Assembly (NCBI GenBank): GCA_951406725.2
Contig: OX597839.1
Coordinates: forward strand, 26,784,001 to 26,848,000
Direction of reading: 5' to 3'
Source: Octopus vulgaris
Taxonomy: Eukaryota
DNA: 64,000 bases
The position numbers were made by a program, and so were the translations under genes. Under the pieces are notes generated by a model. The model worked only from the letters and a program-made list of their open reading frames with translations, was not told the origin of the DNA and made no database searches. This document shows, one piece after another, positions 12,057 through 27,609 of this stretch (within the stretch, counting starts at the first letter, position 1; each line of letters opens with the position of its first letter).

Positions 12057-12509
12057 CTCTGAAGGCAATTTTAATTCATTAAAATATAAAAAAGTCGTAA
12101 CTCGTTTGTGACCCCAGGAACTGGCGTTTTTTTTAATAGTTCATTTATTAAAATTGTTTCGAAACTAAATTCTTCATGTATCAAAAGACTTGTTAATAGG
12201 TCTGGGTCTCGCCAGGTCACATCGTTAGCGTACAAGGGTCCTTAAGTGTAACCATCCGTTGGCAATATACGGGCTATTATTTCGGTTTGTGTGTTTAATT
12301 AATTAAGACAGGAAGACCGGCTTCTGTCACCGTGGCTTTGTTGGTTTGTTTAATGGGAAATAAAGAAAGAATTAAGCAAGTAAATAAATAGAACTGCTGA
12401 ATGGTGTCTCCTTGTTCGACGCACCACGCCACCGGCACTCCCTCCTCCTTCGAGCAAATGGAGAAAAAAAATAAGATTTTTTAATTTTAATTGCCAAACC
12501 TGGAGGACT

Positions 12510-12542
12510 TGAAGGAAGAAGAAGAAGGAGAAGAAGAAGAAG

Positions 12543-12574
<32 letters not shown>

Positions 12575-12730
12575 GAAGGAGAAGAAGAAGAAGAAGAAGA
12601 AGGAGAGGAAGAAGAAGAAGAAGAAGGAGGAGAATAAGAATAAGAAGAAGAAGGAGAAGGAGAAGAAGAAGAAGAAGAAGAAGGAGAAGAAGAAGAAGAA
12701 GGAGAAGAAGAAGATGAAGAAGGAGGAGGA

Positions 12731-12775
<45 letters not shown>

Positions 12776-12799
12776 GAAGAAGAAGAAGAAGGAGGAGGA

Positions 12800-12853
<54 letters not shown>

Positions 12854-13560
12854 GAAGAAGAAGAAGAAAAGGTGAGAATTGAAGAAAGAAATTAAAAGAC
12901 GGAGAAGCAGAATGACCGAAGTTTCTTGGACAAAGACATGAAGGAGAGCGTTTTGATTTGAGAGAGAGGAGAGGGGAAGGAGGGGAGGAGGAGAGGAGGA
13001 GAGAGATGGGTGAGTGTGGGGTAGAGGAGGAGGGAAGAACGAGAAACAGAAGAAATGGAAAAATAAAGGAGAAGAAGAAGAAAAAGGAGAAGGAAAAAGA
13101 GGAAAAGAAGAAGAAGAAGGAAAAGGAGGAAAAGAAGAAGGAAAAGAAGAAAACTAAGAAGAAAAAGGAAGAGGAGGAGGAGGAGGAGGAGGAGAAGAAG
13201 AAGAGCTAAGAAGGAAAAGAAGAAAAAAGGAGAAGGAAAAGAAGAAGAAAAGAACTAAGAAGAAAAAGGAGAAGAAAAGAAGAAAAAGAGGAGGAAAAGA
13301 AGAAGAAAAAGGAAAAGAAGAAAAGAACTAAGAAGAAAAAGGAGAAGAAGAAGGAAAAGGAGGAAGAGAAGAAGAAGAAGAATAAGAAGAAGGAAAAGAA
13401 GAAAATAACTAAGAAGAAGAGGTAAAAGAAGAAAACTAAAAAGAAAAGGAGGAGAAGAAGAACTAAGAAGAAAAAGGAGAAGAAGAAGAAAAGTACTAGG
13501 AAGAAAAAGGAGGAGTAGGAGGGGGAGAAGAAGAAGAAGAAGAAGGAAAGGGAGAAGAAT
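12510..13560. repeat. (GAA/GGA)n and (TAA)n purine-rich low-complexity tract
   Basis: Direct. Confidence 0.9.
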
Positions 13561-14172
13561 CAGTCGAAGAAGGAAGAAGTTTTGAATAAAATTTTGGTAA
13601 AAGTGAAGTAAAAAAATTTTCGAGCAAAGTTGAAAATGTTTCTTTGCTGTGAGAGAGATGGAAATGGTGGCGAGGATGGGTTTTGGCTGTTGGTGTGGAG
13701 AATGGAAAGCTATCGTTGAGAGCAATCAGGTATTTTGGAAGCGTGCCAAAGGAATTGGTAAAAACAGTGTTTTTGGTGCTGAAGAAATGGAAGAAGAATT
13801 GCCAGGATTCCATTAAGTGGTAATCCAACACGAAGAAGAATAACAGAAATGGTTTGAAACACGGAGAAACGTGTTTCTATTGAACCAAAGAGATTGGAAT
13901 TTTTGCTTTTACAACGAGATGGAGTCAACTGATATATTGGCGGTGGTGGTGGTCGTGGTGGTGGAGTGGTATGGAGTGTGGTTAGATGGGGGTAGAAACA
14001 CTATTGGGGAAGATTCATTTATCTTACATGCCCACAACATACGTCTGTGTTAGTGTACATGTCTGTTTGCTGTATTTTGGGTGGATCAGTTTGCTAATGA
14101 AAGCACACGCACTGCCCTTTAGTCACTTCGTTATTATTATTATTATTATTTTTATTATTATTATTATTATTA

Positions 14173-14216
<44 letters not shown>

Positions 14217-14217
14217 G

Positions 14218-14765
14218 AGTGAGAGAGCAGCGTATACCATCAAAGTGACACTGGGGTACAAATGTACGAAGCCCAGTATACCCATCATGACTACTCGTCT
14301 GATAAGGGTACACCAGGCACATGCATCACAACCATATGTGCGCAACATAATGATCTCATATCAAGATAAACAGCGCATGACCTTGCAGGTGGCGCCCAGT
14401 TAGAAATTTCTCCTAGTCGGGTAGCCCATCCCACTCAAAAGGTCCCTGAATAAGGTTCGTTTTAAGGATGTTGAACGAACCACCCATGTTTCCAAAGGCG
14501 AATTATCCAAACCCCAAAGAATTCCTCTCAACACATGGCTATGATGCTCCCTCACTACTTCTGCTCGTGATCAGAGATGCACATATCGTCAGCCACTAAG
14601 GGACATGCTCATCTGGTTAAGGTCAAACAACTGACAAGCAAATCTGTGGTACTGAGCAGAATATTTGCTGTAGCCCATATTTTATGCCAAGACAAAACAA
14701 TGTACATGGTAACACTTACAATCAGTTAAGATCAGAAGCCATGAGAGCCACTGCCTGGTACTAGT
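14218..14765 (-). mobile_element. Probable retroelement 3' segment abutting (TAA)n; possibly Dong/R4-like
   Basis: Complex sequence with a sharp boundary at the (TTA)n tract 14131-14217; the clade is inferred only from the TAA context. Confidence 0.35.
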
Positions 14766-15576
14766 TGTACTAGTAGTAATAGTCAAACTAGTGGATTGAT
14801 AGAATTGTTATCGCATCGGACAAAATGTTTAGCGGCATTTTTTCCAGCTCTTTACGTTCTGAGTTCAATTTGCGGCGAGGTCGATATTGGCTTTTATTCT
14901 TTCGGGGGCCGATGAAACAAAGAACCAGTGAAGTAACTGGGGTGGATGATATCAACTAGTACTCTCCCCTCAAAAAGCGACTGACCTTGTGTGCTTAAAT
15001 CAGAAACATTTAGTATCAGTTCTCTGATTAATTAACTAATTAACAAATCTGTTTGATCAATCAGTCCGTTGTGATTGGTCGTTCGAACTTTGCAAGAGAA
15101 GAACTGACGAGGCCTTGTCATCGATAAGGTCACCTGCTTTGGCTGATAATTATTGCTCCTGATTTTGGTTCACGATCAATAATTTTAGAGTACGGGGCAA
15201 GTCGAGTACGTCGACGTCAGTACTTGAACGGTACTTAGTTTTATCTTAGTAAGGCGGCGAGCGGGCAGAAACGTTAGCACGCCGGGCGAAATGCTCAGCG
15301 GTATTTCATCTGCCGTTACGTTCTGAGTTCAAATTCCCTCTCCCTCTCCCTCCCTCCTTTCTCTCTCTCTCTATATATATACAACAAGCTTTTTTTCAAT
15401 TTCTACCTACCAAATCTACTCACAAGGCTTTGGTCGGCCCAAGGCTATAGTAGAAGACACTTGCCCAAGGTGCCATGCAGTGGGACTGAACCCAGAACCA
15501 TGTGGTTGGGAAGCAATCTACTTATCACACAGCCATGCCTCTCCCTCTCTCCCTCTCCTTCTCTCTTTCTCTCTCT

Positions 15577-15612
<36 letters not shown>

Positions 15613-16062
15613 TGACACACGTAATACACATCTACATACATGCATACAATCAATAACGAAAATGAAAATGAAAACGAGAGAGAGAGAGAAAGAGAGGGAG
15701 AGTGGGAGAGAGAGAAAGAGAGAGAGAGTGGGAGAGAGAGAGGGGGGAGTGTGGGAGAGAGAGAGAGAAGTGGTATGTTTTGACGTTGGCCAAGCCTTAT
15801 GAAACACTTGTATATCCTTATCGCAAGCGATACTTGACCTCAACTAAGAAGTTTCTGTGTAGTGACCAAGGAAATCACCTTTCAGTTACAGATGATGCCT
15901 ACGTCACACACACATGTGTGTGTGTGTGTGTGTGTGTGTACATCTGGCATTAAGCGCGCGCACCCCACCTCTGACGCAAGTGCGCGTACGCAGGTTAAAA
16001 ATATAACAGCTGTATATATGTATGGATGTATGTATATATTGTATATATAAATATATATGTAT

Positions 16063-16102
<40 letters not shown>

Positions 16103-16188
16103 CACACACATGTATATATATGTATATATACATATATATATATATACATATATACATATGTATATATATATATATATAGAATAAACCT

Positions 16189-16230
<42 letters not shown>

Positions 16231-16256
16231 CACACATACACACACTCACACACACG

Positions 16257-16287
<31 letters not shown>

Positions 16288-16517
16288 GATGGTCACTCCT
16301 GTCTATTTCGGCGTATTTGAAGGAGAGGACTAAAAAAAATAAATAAAAATAAGAGGGAAGTTTAAAAATAAAAAAAAAAAGCTGCTTCTACTGGTGATGG
16401 GTCCAGGAATGGATTTTGCCACTGAAGTCACAACGGGGACGATGAGGGTCTTGACTTTTATTGAGATTGAGCAAATGTGTCTGTTGATAGCATGACATAT
16501 ATATATATATGTATATA

Positions 16518-16594
<77 letters not shown>

Positions 16595-17179
16595 TGGAAC
16601 AAAACACAATAGAGGACAATAAAATATCCGGACAGATAGACGATATAAAGCGGACAGGAAAAACAACAAATAGATTGACAGGAAAGAAAGAAAAGTTAAA
16701 AAACAAAAACAAGGACGGGTCATTCGTGGCATTCTCTCCTCAGTCAAGTTTCCAGATTGTCCTTACAGTTTCGGGCAGTTACACTTGAGAGCATACTTAT
16801 CTGAGCGTTGTAGTGAATACCGGTCAGACACAAAGGGCTGAATATAAACAAAGCCGGGACGCATAATAGAAACGAAACCAGTGTGCTCATATCCCACCCC
16901 TATTATTTCGGTTTTACTAAGGCAGAGAAAATACCTCCAGTGTACGCTATGAGGAACACTATTAAATTCCAAACTTGAAATAAATAATATATATATATAT
17001 AAAAATTAAGGGTAAAAATTGATATTAGTCAATTAAAACCAGTGGTCTAGCACATTAAAAAGAATCCGAAGATTAAAATATTTATATATACCAATTAAGG
17101 ACTGAACACGAACATATATCTAGCACGAACATATATCTAGCATGTTGACTGTCCACCTTTTCGTGTTCAGTCCTTAATT

Positions 17180-17236
<57 letters not shown>

Positions 17237-17491
17237 TTTGAGAAAAAAAGTTGTCAGAATTTTGGTAAAAAAATCTTTTTATCTCTTCATTATTATAAGC
17301 GCTTTCGTTCGTTTCTCGAACTTGTCCAATAGAATTTTGTGAATATACAAACAGCTTGTTCATTTATATAAAACAGATGTTTTTGGGGGGCTTTGTTTAA
17401 AAGAGAACATTGTTTGTTGTTTGGTGAGGTTTCATAACAATGGAGATAGAATGAAATATAGGTAGGTAGATAGACACATAGGTAGAGAGAG

Positions 17492-17547
<56 letters not shown>

Positions 17548-17833
17548 ATATGTATATATTATATATATATGTGTGTGTGGAAAGTCTCTTTTGCCGAACC
17601 GCTAAGTCACGGGGACATAAAGATATATATATTTTATATATAATTTTATATATATATATACATATATATATATGTGTATATGTATATATTATATATATAT
17701 ATGTGTATATGTATATATTATATATATATATATATATGTGTGTGTGTATGTGTGTGTGTGTGTGTGTGGAAAGTCTCTTTTGCCGAACCGCTAAGTCACG
17801 GGGACATAAAGATATATATATTTTATATATAAT

Positions 17834-17872
<39 letters not shown>

Positions 17873-17895
17873 TTGTCTGTAGTTATGTATGTGTA

Positions 17896-19830
17896 TTATA
17901 TAACTTGGTTGAAGAAGAGATAAAATTTAGATAATCGTCGTATAGTTATGATTTTCATCGACATAATAAATACATATAATATAGAATTACTCCAAGACAA
18001 GGAACGTACCAATATACTATTTAGAATATTTATGAATTCCGTTGTCTTATGTAAGAGAGTTTCCATGCATTTATCCCTCGATAGTATTGGAATATTTCTG
18101 GTAGATATATCCCAAAATTCTTTCTTCATATCTTCGCAATCTTTAAGAAGTGCTCAAAGGAGCGAAGGGAATAAAAGATATTGTTTTTCCTTTCGAAAAA
18201 AAGTTTTTTTATACAATTGTTTGGAAGTGCTCAGATCGAACCCGAGACGTTAGACATTATATAACTTAGTTTGAGAAGAGACAGAATTTAATCATTCTAT
18301 AGGAATATTCCCTTGGCTCCTTTGAGCACTTCTTATATAGATATGTTCCTTGTCTTGCTATAATTCTATGTTATATGTATTAGGTTGTTCCGAAAATAAT
18401 GGCCGATTTCAGAAACATAATTTTATTCTGGAAAAATTAACAATGTTTTGATAAGTCAGAGTATGAGCCATGAACATCTATGTATCTCTGCCATCGATCA
18501 ATGAGATTATTTATGCCTCGTTAATAAAAAATTAATTGGCTTTGATGCTAAGAGATCTTTGAAAGCTGATTCCACTTCTGGTTTGGACCTGAAAGATTTA
18601 TCACTTAAAAACGTGTTTAAAAGCTTTAAAAAATGGTAGTCAGTGGGCGAAAGATCAGGAGAATATGGAGAATGTGGTAAAGTCTGTGAGTTGCTGCAGC
18701 GTCATTCTTGCAACATGTGGCTTTGGCTTATCATGGAGCAGAATTGGTCCATGTCGATTCACCAATGCAGGTCTCATTTCTTGCAAGTGAGCATGCATTT
18801 CAGTGAGGTGGTTGCAGTAACCCTCTGTTGTAATACTCTGATTGGGCTTCCAGAAACGTTGTAATGAACAACACCAATTGCAGACCACCAATTGCAGTCA
18901 CCATAATCTTTTGCTGATGCAACTTAGGCTTTGGGAAATGTTTGGGGGACTCATCACGATCAAGCCATTGACCTGATCATTTACGGTTATCATAAAGGAA
19001 CCACTTTTCATCACAAGTGACTATTCGGTCAAGAAAAGGACCATTGGTGTTTTGCAGAAAAAGCATCAAACACGCTTCAAAACAGCGAACTTTTTTATTT
19101 TCATTGAGCTCATGCAGTACCCCCCCATTTATTAAGCCTTTTCACCTGACCAATCTTCCGCAGATTGCGTGATACCATTGCAATACCGACACCAAGTGCC
19201 TGAGACATTTCTCTGACACTTTGACATGGGTTTTGTTCAACAATTGCTTTCAATTGTTCATTGCCAAGACTGCATGGCCGTCCTCTACCTTCTTCATCTT
19301 CAGGGCTCTCATCACCACTACGGAATTTCTGTAACCACCCTCGTACTGTGTGATCACTTGTGGACCCCTTTCCCCATGCTCTGTTGATATTGGCAGCAGT
19401 TTGGGAGGCATTGGGCCCCCAAGCTTGAGCTCATGCAAGAAAAGTAAGCAAAGGTCCTTTTTTTTGTCATGTTCATTATTAAGGGCCCCTATGATTCAAG
19501 AATGTTTTCTGTCTGAAATAAGTAGAAAATTATTAAAGAGCATACGTCAATTATTAAGTATGTTGAAATTCACCTAAAATATAATTAAAATACTTTGATA
19601 AAATTGCGTTTCAAAACACAACACTTTGAACTCTGGCCGTTATTTTCGGAACAACCTAATATTTATTATGTCGATATAAATCATAACTACAGAATGATTA
19701 TCTAAATTTTGTCTTTTTTTAAAAACCAAGTTGTATAATGTCTAGCGTCTCAGGTTCGATCTGAGCATTTCCAAGCAATTGTGTAAAAAAAAAAAAAAGA
19801 CTTTTTCGAAAGAAAAAAAAACAATATTTT
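17896..19830. mobile_element. Fold-back element of two inverted, circularly permuted copies, interrupted by a mariner
   Basis: Inverted pairs: 17896-17975/19660-19738, 17975-18010/18340-18378, 18145-18172/18306-18335, 18177-18290/19700-19828. Confidence 0.6.
18380..19659 (-). mobile_element. Full-length mariner transposon (1280 bp), transposase pseudogene
   Basis: TIR TTAGGTTGTTCCGAAAATAA(T/C)GGCC with TA TSDs; minus-strand motifs IVTCDEKW, PILLHD, LPHSPYSPDLSPTDYHF; frameshifted. Confidence 0.93.
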
Positions 19831-19844
19831 TTTAATATATATTA

Positions 19845-20236
19845 GGCGGTGAGCTGCAGAAATGCTTAGAGGTATTTTGTCTGTCTTTACGTTCTGAGTT
19901 CAAATTCCGCCGAGGTCTACTTTGCCTTTCATCTTTTCGGGGTCGATTGAATAAGTACCAGTTACGCACTGGGGTCGATATAATCGACTTAATCCGTTTG
20001 TCTGTCCTTGTTTGTCCCCTCTGTGTTTAGCCCCTTGTGGGTAGTAAAGAAATAAGAAATGCTTAGCGGTATTTTGTTTGTCTTTACGTTCGGAGTTCAA
20101 ATTCCGCCCAGGTCTACTCTGCCTTTCATTCTTTCGGAGTCGATAAATTAAGTACCAGTTACATGCTGGGGTCGATCTAATCGACTGGCCCCCTTCCCCA
20201 AATTTCGCGCCTTGTGCCTAGAGTAGAAAAGAATAT
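19845..20236 (+). mobile_element. Nested pair of SINE family B copies
   Basis: Tx1-type-tailed copy ends GTAGTAAAGAAATAA at 20055 and is followed by GAAATGCTTAGCGG and a second body with the other tail. Confidence 0.9.
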
Positions 20237-20240
20237 TTTT

Positions 20241-20288
<48 letters not shown>

Positions 20289-20861
20289 TATGTTTGTACA
20301 CCCCACCGCCACCATCGCTTGACAACCGATGCTGGTGTGTTTATGTCCCCGCGACTTGGCGGTTCGGCAAAAGAGACCGATATCATAAGTACTAGGCTTA
20401 CAAAGAATAAGTCTTGGGCGTCGATTTCTTCGATTAAAAACCCCTTCAAGGCGTTGCTCCAGCATGGCCGCAGCCAAATGACTGAAACAGATAAAAGAAT
20501 AAAATACGACTTTGGCGAAATTTGAACCCGGGCCCTGAAGGCTGACGAAATGTTGTCCTATGTTGTTGTTTTCGCTTTTGTTGTTATCGCCGTTATTATT
20601 GTTTTATTTTTTTAGTGTGTGGTTGTTGTTGTTGTTATTGTTTTTGTTGTTGTTGTTGTTTTTCTCTATTTGTCCTGGGTCAGGCGTTGTGTACGTGGTT
20701 GTAAGTGCAGATGCGGTGGTTGCGTCAGTGATGGCTGTGTATGTGTGTGTGTGTCGTCTGCGTGTGTCGTCTGCGAGTGTCGTCTGCGTGAGTTGCGTCC
20801 ATGCTTAAAAGTTGTTATAGAAGAGGAGGAGGAGGACGAAGAAGAAGAAGAAGAAGAAGAA

Positions 20862-20893
<32 letters not shown>

Positions 20894-21229
20894 AGAAATG
20901 AAAGAAGAAGAAGAAGAAGAAATGAAAGAAGAAGAAGAAGAAATGAAAAAAGGAGAAGAAGAAGAAGAAGAAATAGGAAAAAAAAAAGTGAGTAGTTTAT
21001 TTCTTCTTCTAAGAATCTACTTGTCAAATTTATTGGGTCAGTATATATTTTGCCGATTGAAATTTCCGGGAAAAAGACAAAGAGATCGTCTGATAATAAG
21101 TTCATAGTTCTTAAGGCAGGAACCCAAAAATACAAGAGAGAAACCGTTTCGGAAATCTTGATGGGATTTAGATGTCAACGGCGTAAAAGGAGGGCGTACT
21201 CAGTTCAAATGATGTTTTAGTTTATTTCG

Positions 21230-21362
21230 GTGTGAGAAAATTTGAAAGACAGCGTCACCAAGAATAACATAGAGTGGAGGATTCTAGAGAAATGTAAAGC
21301 GTACTTCAATAGCAGCAGAAAGTGCAGATTATGTCTGGCTGAGAAAGGATCGATATTAAAGA
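21230..21362 (+). pseudogene. Penelope-like element GIY-YIG endonuclease C-terminal fragment
   Basis: Translates *ENLKDSVTKNNIEWRILEKCKAYFNSSRKCRLCLAEKGSILK, matching the PLE pattern W.LK..I.W.IL....Y.....C.LCL.EK. Confidence 0.75.
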
Positions 21363-21596
21363 GATCCTGACGTCCATACTTTATGATATGTGCCGCTGAC
21401 ACCCATACTTTATGAAATGTGCCGCTGACGTCCATATTTTAGCTGTTATTGCTATTATTATTGTAATTGTTGTTATTGAATTTACGTCGCCCAGGAGTTG
21501 TTTCTTTTCCCTTTTCTCTTCTCTTTATGTGTGCGGTTGTTGCGAATATTTGTGTGTGGCTTATATTTACGGTAGTGATCCTCCCTGCATCGACCT

Positions 21597-22420
<824 letters not shown>

Positions 22421-22444
22421 GCTAGTCACACACTCTTATACACA

Positions 22445-22505
<61 letters not shown>

Positions 22506-22907
22506 CCAACCATCCATCCATCCATACATACATATATACATACATATATGCTTTCGTTTGCACGCACTCGAGTGCGCACGCATACACATTTTTTAAAATT
22601 AGTAACTCCAAGTTTCACGCTATCGATATTCGTAATCGTATCATCATTACGATTCATTTCCGCTACAAAAACAAATGTGTGGGAGATATCTCATAGATGT
22701 CTATATAACATTAATAAATGAACATATCTCTTTACTGTAGATATCGTACAGCAAAGAGATATTAGCAAGAGAGATACCCCCATACGAAATATCCACATAT
22801 GGGGTATCCATAGACGAGATAATTAGAGATGAAATATCCAAAAATTAGGTATTCAGAGAGGAGCTATCCAAAGATTTCATAATTACATATGTATTACAGT
22901 TCTATAA

Positions 22908-23290
22908 GTGGAGGCGCAATGGTCCAGTGGTTAGGGCAGCGGACTCGCGGTCATAGGATCGCGGTTTCGATTCCCAGACCGGGCGTTGTGAGTGTTTATT
23001 GAGCGAAAACACCTAAAGCTCCACGAGGCTCCGGCAGGGGATGGTGGTGATCCCTGCTGTACTCTTTCACCACAACGTTCTCTCACTCTTACTTCCTGTT
23101 TCAGTTGTACCTGTATTTCAAAGGGCCGGCCTTGTCACTCTCTGTGTCACGCTGAATATCCCCGAGAACTACGTTAAGGGTACACGTGTCTGTGGAGTGC
23201 TCAGCCACTTACTCGCTAATTTCACGAGCAGGCTGTTCCGTTGATCGGATCAACCGGAACCCTCATCGTCGTAACCGACGGAGTGCTTCC
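22908..23290 (+). mobile_element. SINE family C, full length
   Basis: GTGGAGGCGCAATGGTCCAGTGG..GGTTTCGATTCC head; tail CGTAACCGACGGAGTGCTTCC. Confidence 0.92.
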
Positions 23291-24619
23291 AACCTTTACC
23301 AACGGATTTTCTTCTAAGAAGGACCCTTTTATTTTCCCGCTGATAGTAGGTGGGATTTGAACTCAGAATATAGGGATCCGAAATAGATACTGCTAGATAC
23401 TACTAGATTCCACGAATCTTCTCTGTATTGTTATTTTGAGAATATGAAGATGAAGTTAACTTAGGCGTGATTTGAACTCACAAAGCAAAGAGGCGAAATA
23501 AATAACCCAAGTTAACGACTGTGTCAGTTGAACACACCCACACTCGGTCGCGCGCGCAGGGAGGTATATTACAGGAGACTTGGGATAAAATAATCCAGGC
23601 GCTTGCCTAGGGAAGAAGTGCTTCTACGGACAATGACTAAATGGGGAAAAGACCCCCAATAAGCTGGTAACCCACAAATTATTGTTGAGTATAAAATAAT
23701 AAGCACTGAAAAGTGGAGTTTGCGTTATTATTTTTGTTTCATAGTTTACAATTATTTCTACAAATTCATTTTGACTTATCTTCAATCATGTTTATAAACG
23801 TGACCGCTGTGCCGTCCACTATAAACATTGATTAATGTCCTATATTTAAGCGGTAGACAAACACTTCAGCATATTATTTTTTGTAGAGAGTTGCGAGGGA
23901 TCATTTCTATGAACGGGGTATCTGTACAACGGATATGACTACATCATTAATTGTGGAGTCGTTTAAAAACACGATGCAAGATTAAGTCAACATGGAATTT
24001 TTGAAACAATCATAAATTGTTCTATATTTTAGAGATGAGGAATTCTGTACAATATTTACATTTTTTACATTGGACGGATATTTGTCCTCATCTTGTTTGT
24101 TGCTACCACAAAATTTCGGCTGATTTACTCTCCAGCCTTCATCATGTGTTCTGGTAGAATTTTGAATCCAACCCTAGGTTCTCAGGTGCCACGCAGTGTG
24201 AATGAACCCGAAACTATGTGGCTGGTATGGCCTGTCAGGGAGTCACCATTACTTTTGCGCCTTTTACGTTCTTAGCAGTGGGAGACGTCTATATTGCTAA
24301 GAGTATAAAAAGTGTGAAACCAATGGTAACGTCCCGACTGGTCGTAAACCACAACTACATTAGATATTACTACGATATATCTAAAAAAAACATTTACTTG
24401 TCTCAGTCATTCGACATATTCTATCGGTTAATTTCGTCGAACTTCTAAGTTGCGGGGATGGAAAGGAAGTCAACAAGCGGTTGTCTGGGACAAGCACGAA
24501 ACTAGCCCCTCCGGCCCACAAACACGTATATACGACGGGCTTTTTTCAGTTTCCATCTTCCAAATCTATTTGACCTAGTGACCAGGCAGCAAACTTCTTG
24601 TCACACAGTCACTCCTACG

Positions 24620-24656
<37 letters not shown>

Positions 24657-24896
24657 CTTTTTGTGTGGTTATACATTTTAATAGACTGGACTGTTAAATA
24701 TATATATGCCTGCTTTAAATTTAAATGTGAGTGTACATGTATTTCCTTGATGTTGGTTATGGAACTATGAGTTCAATATGGAACATTATTGTGTTTGTTA
24801 ATGTATATATATTGTATTATTGTGTATATATATATGTGTAGAATTATGAGTGTCTATGCACACATTTTTATAGTTATATGTATATTTTTTTCATAC

Positions 24897-25028
24897 TTAC
24901 ATTAAATTCTCTGAAGAGGCCGTGAGACAATCTTGTTAATGTCTCATTTATACCTGCTTTATATGGCTAATAGGTTAAATGGGACATACCTGTCTTCACG
25001 GCCGAAACAGCTGTCAGCTACAATGTAA
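24897..25028 (+). ncRNA. Type-I hammerhead ribozyme (GUC) inside a ~700-bp (TA)n-flanked Penelope-like unit (24655-25360)
   Basis: CTGAAGA 24911-24917, 8-bp stem II GGCCGTGA/TCACGGCC, GAAAC-AGCT-GTC 25004-25015, stem I CT/AG + internal loop + TTACATT/AATGTAA. Confidence 0.8.
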
Positions 25029-25359
25029 TTGTATTTTCTATTTCTATTTCTATGTCTAGTTGTATTTATAATATATTATGTATAATGTCATTGCTGTTGT
25101 GTAATGGTTTAATAAAGTATTGATTGGGTATTATCTGATGGTTGATGATTGATTTAGGTTTGTTTCTCCATTTTCTCATTTTGTATTATTAATTTACGGT
25201 AATAATTTTACCCTTGCCCACATAATACAGTAGATGAATTAATTGCATCGCAATTTTTAACATTTATGTATTAGTTTTGTTGGGTACCTCTCTAGCAGTA
25301 TATTGGATATATGTTATCCCATGGAGGGTTGAATTTACAACCCCTATCTCATTTTATAA

Positions 25360-25393
<34 letters not shown>

Positions 25394-25590
25394 ATGTGTG
25401 TGTGTGTGTATATACATGTCCCCGAAGCTTAGCGTTTTGGAAAAAGAAACCGATAGAATAAGTGCTAGGGTTCCAAGGAGTAAGTCTTGGGGTAGATTTC
25501 TATAACTAAAAAACCTTCAAACTCTGCTTGTTGTTCTTTCACCTGTCTTCGTCGTTTGTTTTCTGTAAATTTGAACTACACACACACACG

Positions 25591-25628
<38 letters not shown>

Positions 25629-25966
25629 GGTAAAAGATTAATGAGTGCGTGCGTTACATAAATAATATCTTCAGGATTAAATAAAAAGACAACAAACGGA
25701 AAATATGACATATCTATATATATATAATTAAAAATAAACGTATAGTAAATAAACAAACGAACACAACTTCACTTCTATGTATATAGAAGATATTTCTATT
25801 ATATGTAATTTTCTAGATGGTGTAATTTAATTGTTCATTTTGAATTGATAAAAGGTGTTTTTTTCTAATTTTATATATATATATATATATATTATATTTT
25901 GTGAAATTTGATTTAGTATTTCTAAATTGAATTTTTCCTCCTGTAAGTTATGAATAATATTCCCTC

Positions 25967-26005
<39 letters not shown>

Positions 26006-26278
26006 GTTATCGCCATACTAATATGGCATTCTTATAAAAATAAGAATAAAGCTGTCCGCTTATTAGCTCCATGAGGCCATCGCCTTAAGTTAGCTATTTG
26101 ATACACAAACTGTATCCATATAACCTTCGAACAAGGGAGGTTTTAGCGTAGTCAGACCAGTAGGTGTCGCTTCTGACAATCTCTGTTCGAAGGTTTTATT
26201 TACCTAGTTTCAGTGGAATACATCCACTTGTTTTCAATATATATATATATACCTTGTATATATATATGTATATATACA

Positions 26279-26334
<56 letters not shown>

Positions 26335-26376
26335 TGTATATATATATGTGTATGTGTGTATATATATATATATATA

Positions 26377-26890
<514 letters not shown>

Positions 26891-27609
26891 TATATACTCA
26901 ATGACCAGTTACAACTGGTTACTCTTTTATTCTTTTATTTGTTACAGTCATTTGACTTTGGCCATGCTGGAGCACTGCCTTTAGTCGAGCAAATCGAATC
27001 TAGGGATTATTCTTTGTAAGCCTAGTACTTATTCTATCGGTCTGTTTTTGCCACACACACACACACATACATATACACACACACACATACATATATACAC
27101 ATACGCACACACACTCACACACGTATACACACACACATCTTGTTGCTTCTTGGGAGGGTCATTATGCCAATAACGATATGGTTACACATCTGACCAACTT
27201 CGTAATCGATCGTTTGTTTAACGTGCTGGTTAAACAATCAAAGTTTTATTTCTTCGTGAAAGTTCGTTCGTCGCTATTTTTCGCGACCTTTTCAATAGCT
27301 TGTCCTTTCTCTTCAACGTCTGCCCTGAATTTGGCCGCGAATTAATCTTATGTCTGCGTGCATGCATGCCTTTCTATGTGTGTGTAGATGTGTGTTTGCT
27401 TAGAAGAATAAGGGTGAGAGGAAAGGAGATTATGTGCGTGCGTGCGAGTGTGTATGTGTGTGCGTGTGTGCGTGCGTATGTGTGTGGTTGTGTATACACT
27501 CGTGTGACTACTTGCATGTGTATGTGTACGTGTGTGTTAGTGTGTGTAGCCATCCATGACTAGGTATGTGTATGTATAACTGTGTACGCACATAGATTTA
27601 CATGCAAGA

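Noticed and set aside
13496-13831. Complex-looking minus-strand ORF
   Set aside because: No recognisable motif or splice signals, and it runs into a pyrimidine repeat
16711-16776. GAAA..CUGAGGA (type-II hammerhead order) on the minus strand, also at 62533-62597
   Set aside because: Real dispersed repeat, but stems I and II do not pair in either copy
22908-22985. tRNA-Arg-like sequence (also other SINE heads)
   Set aside because: Acceptor stem is not formed and it continues into a multi-copy SINE body
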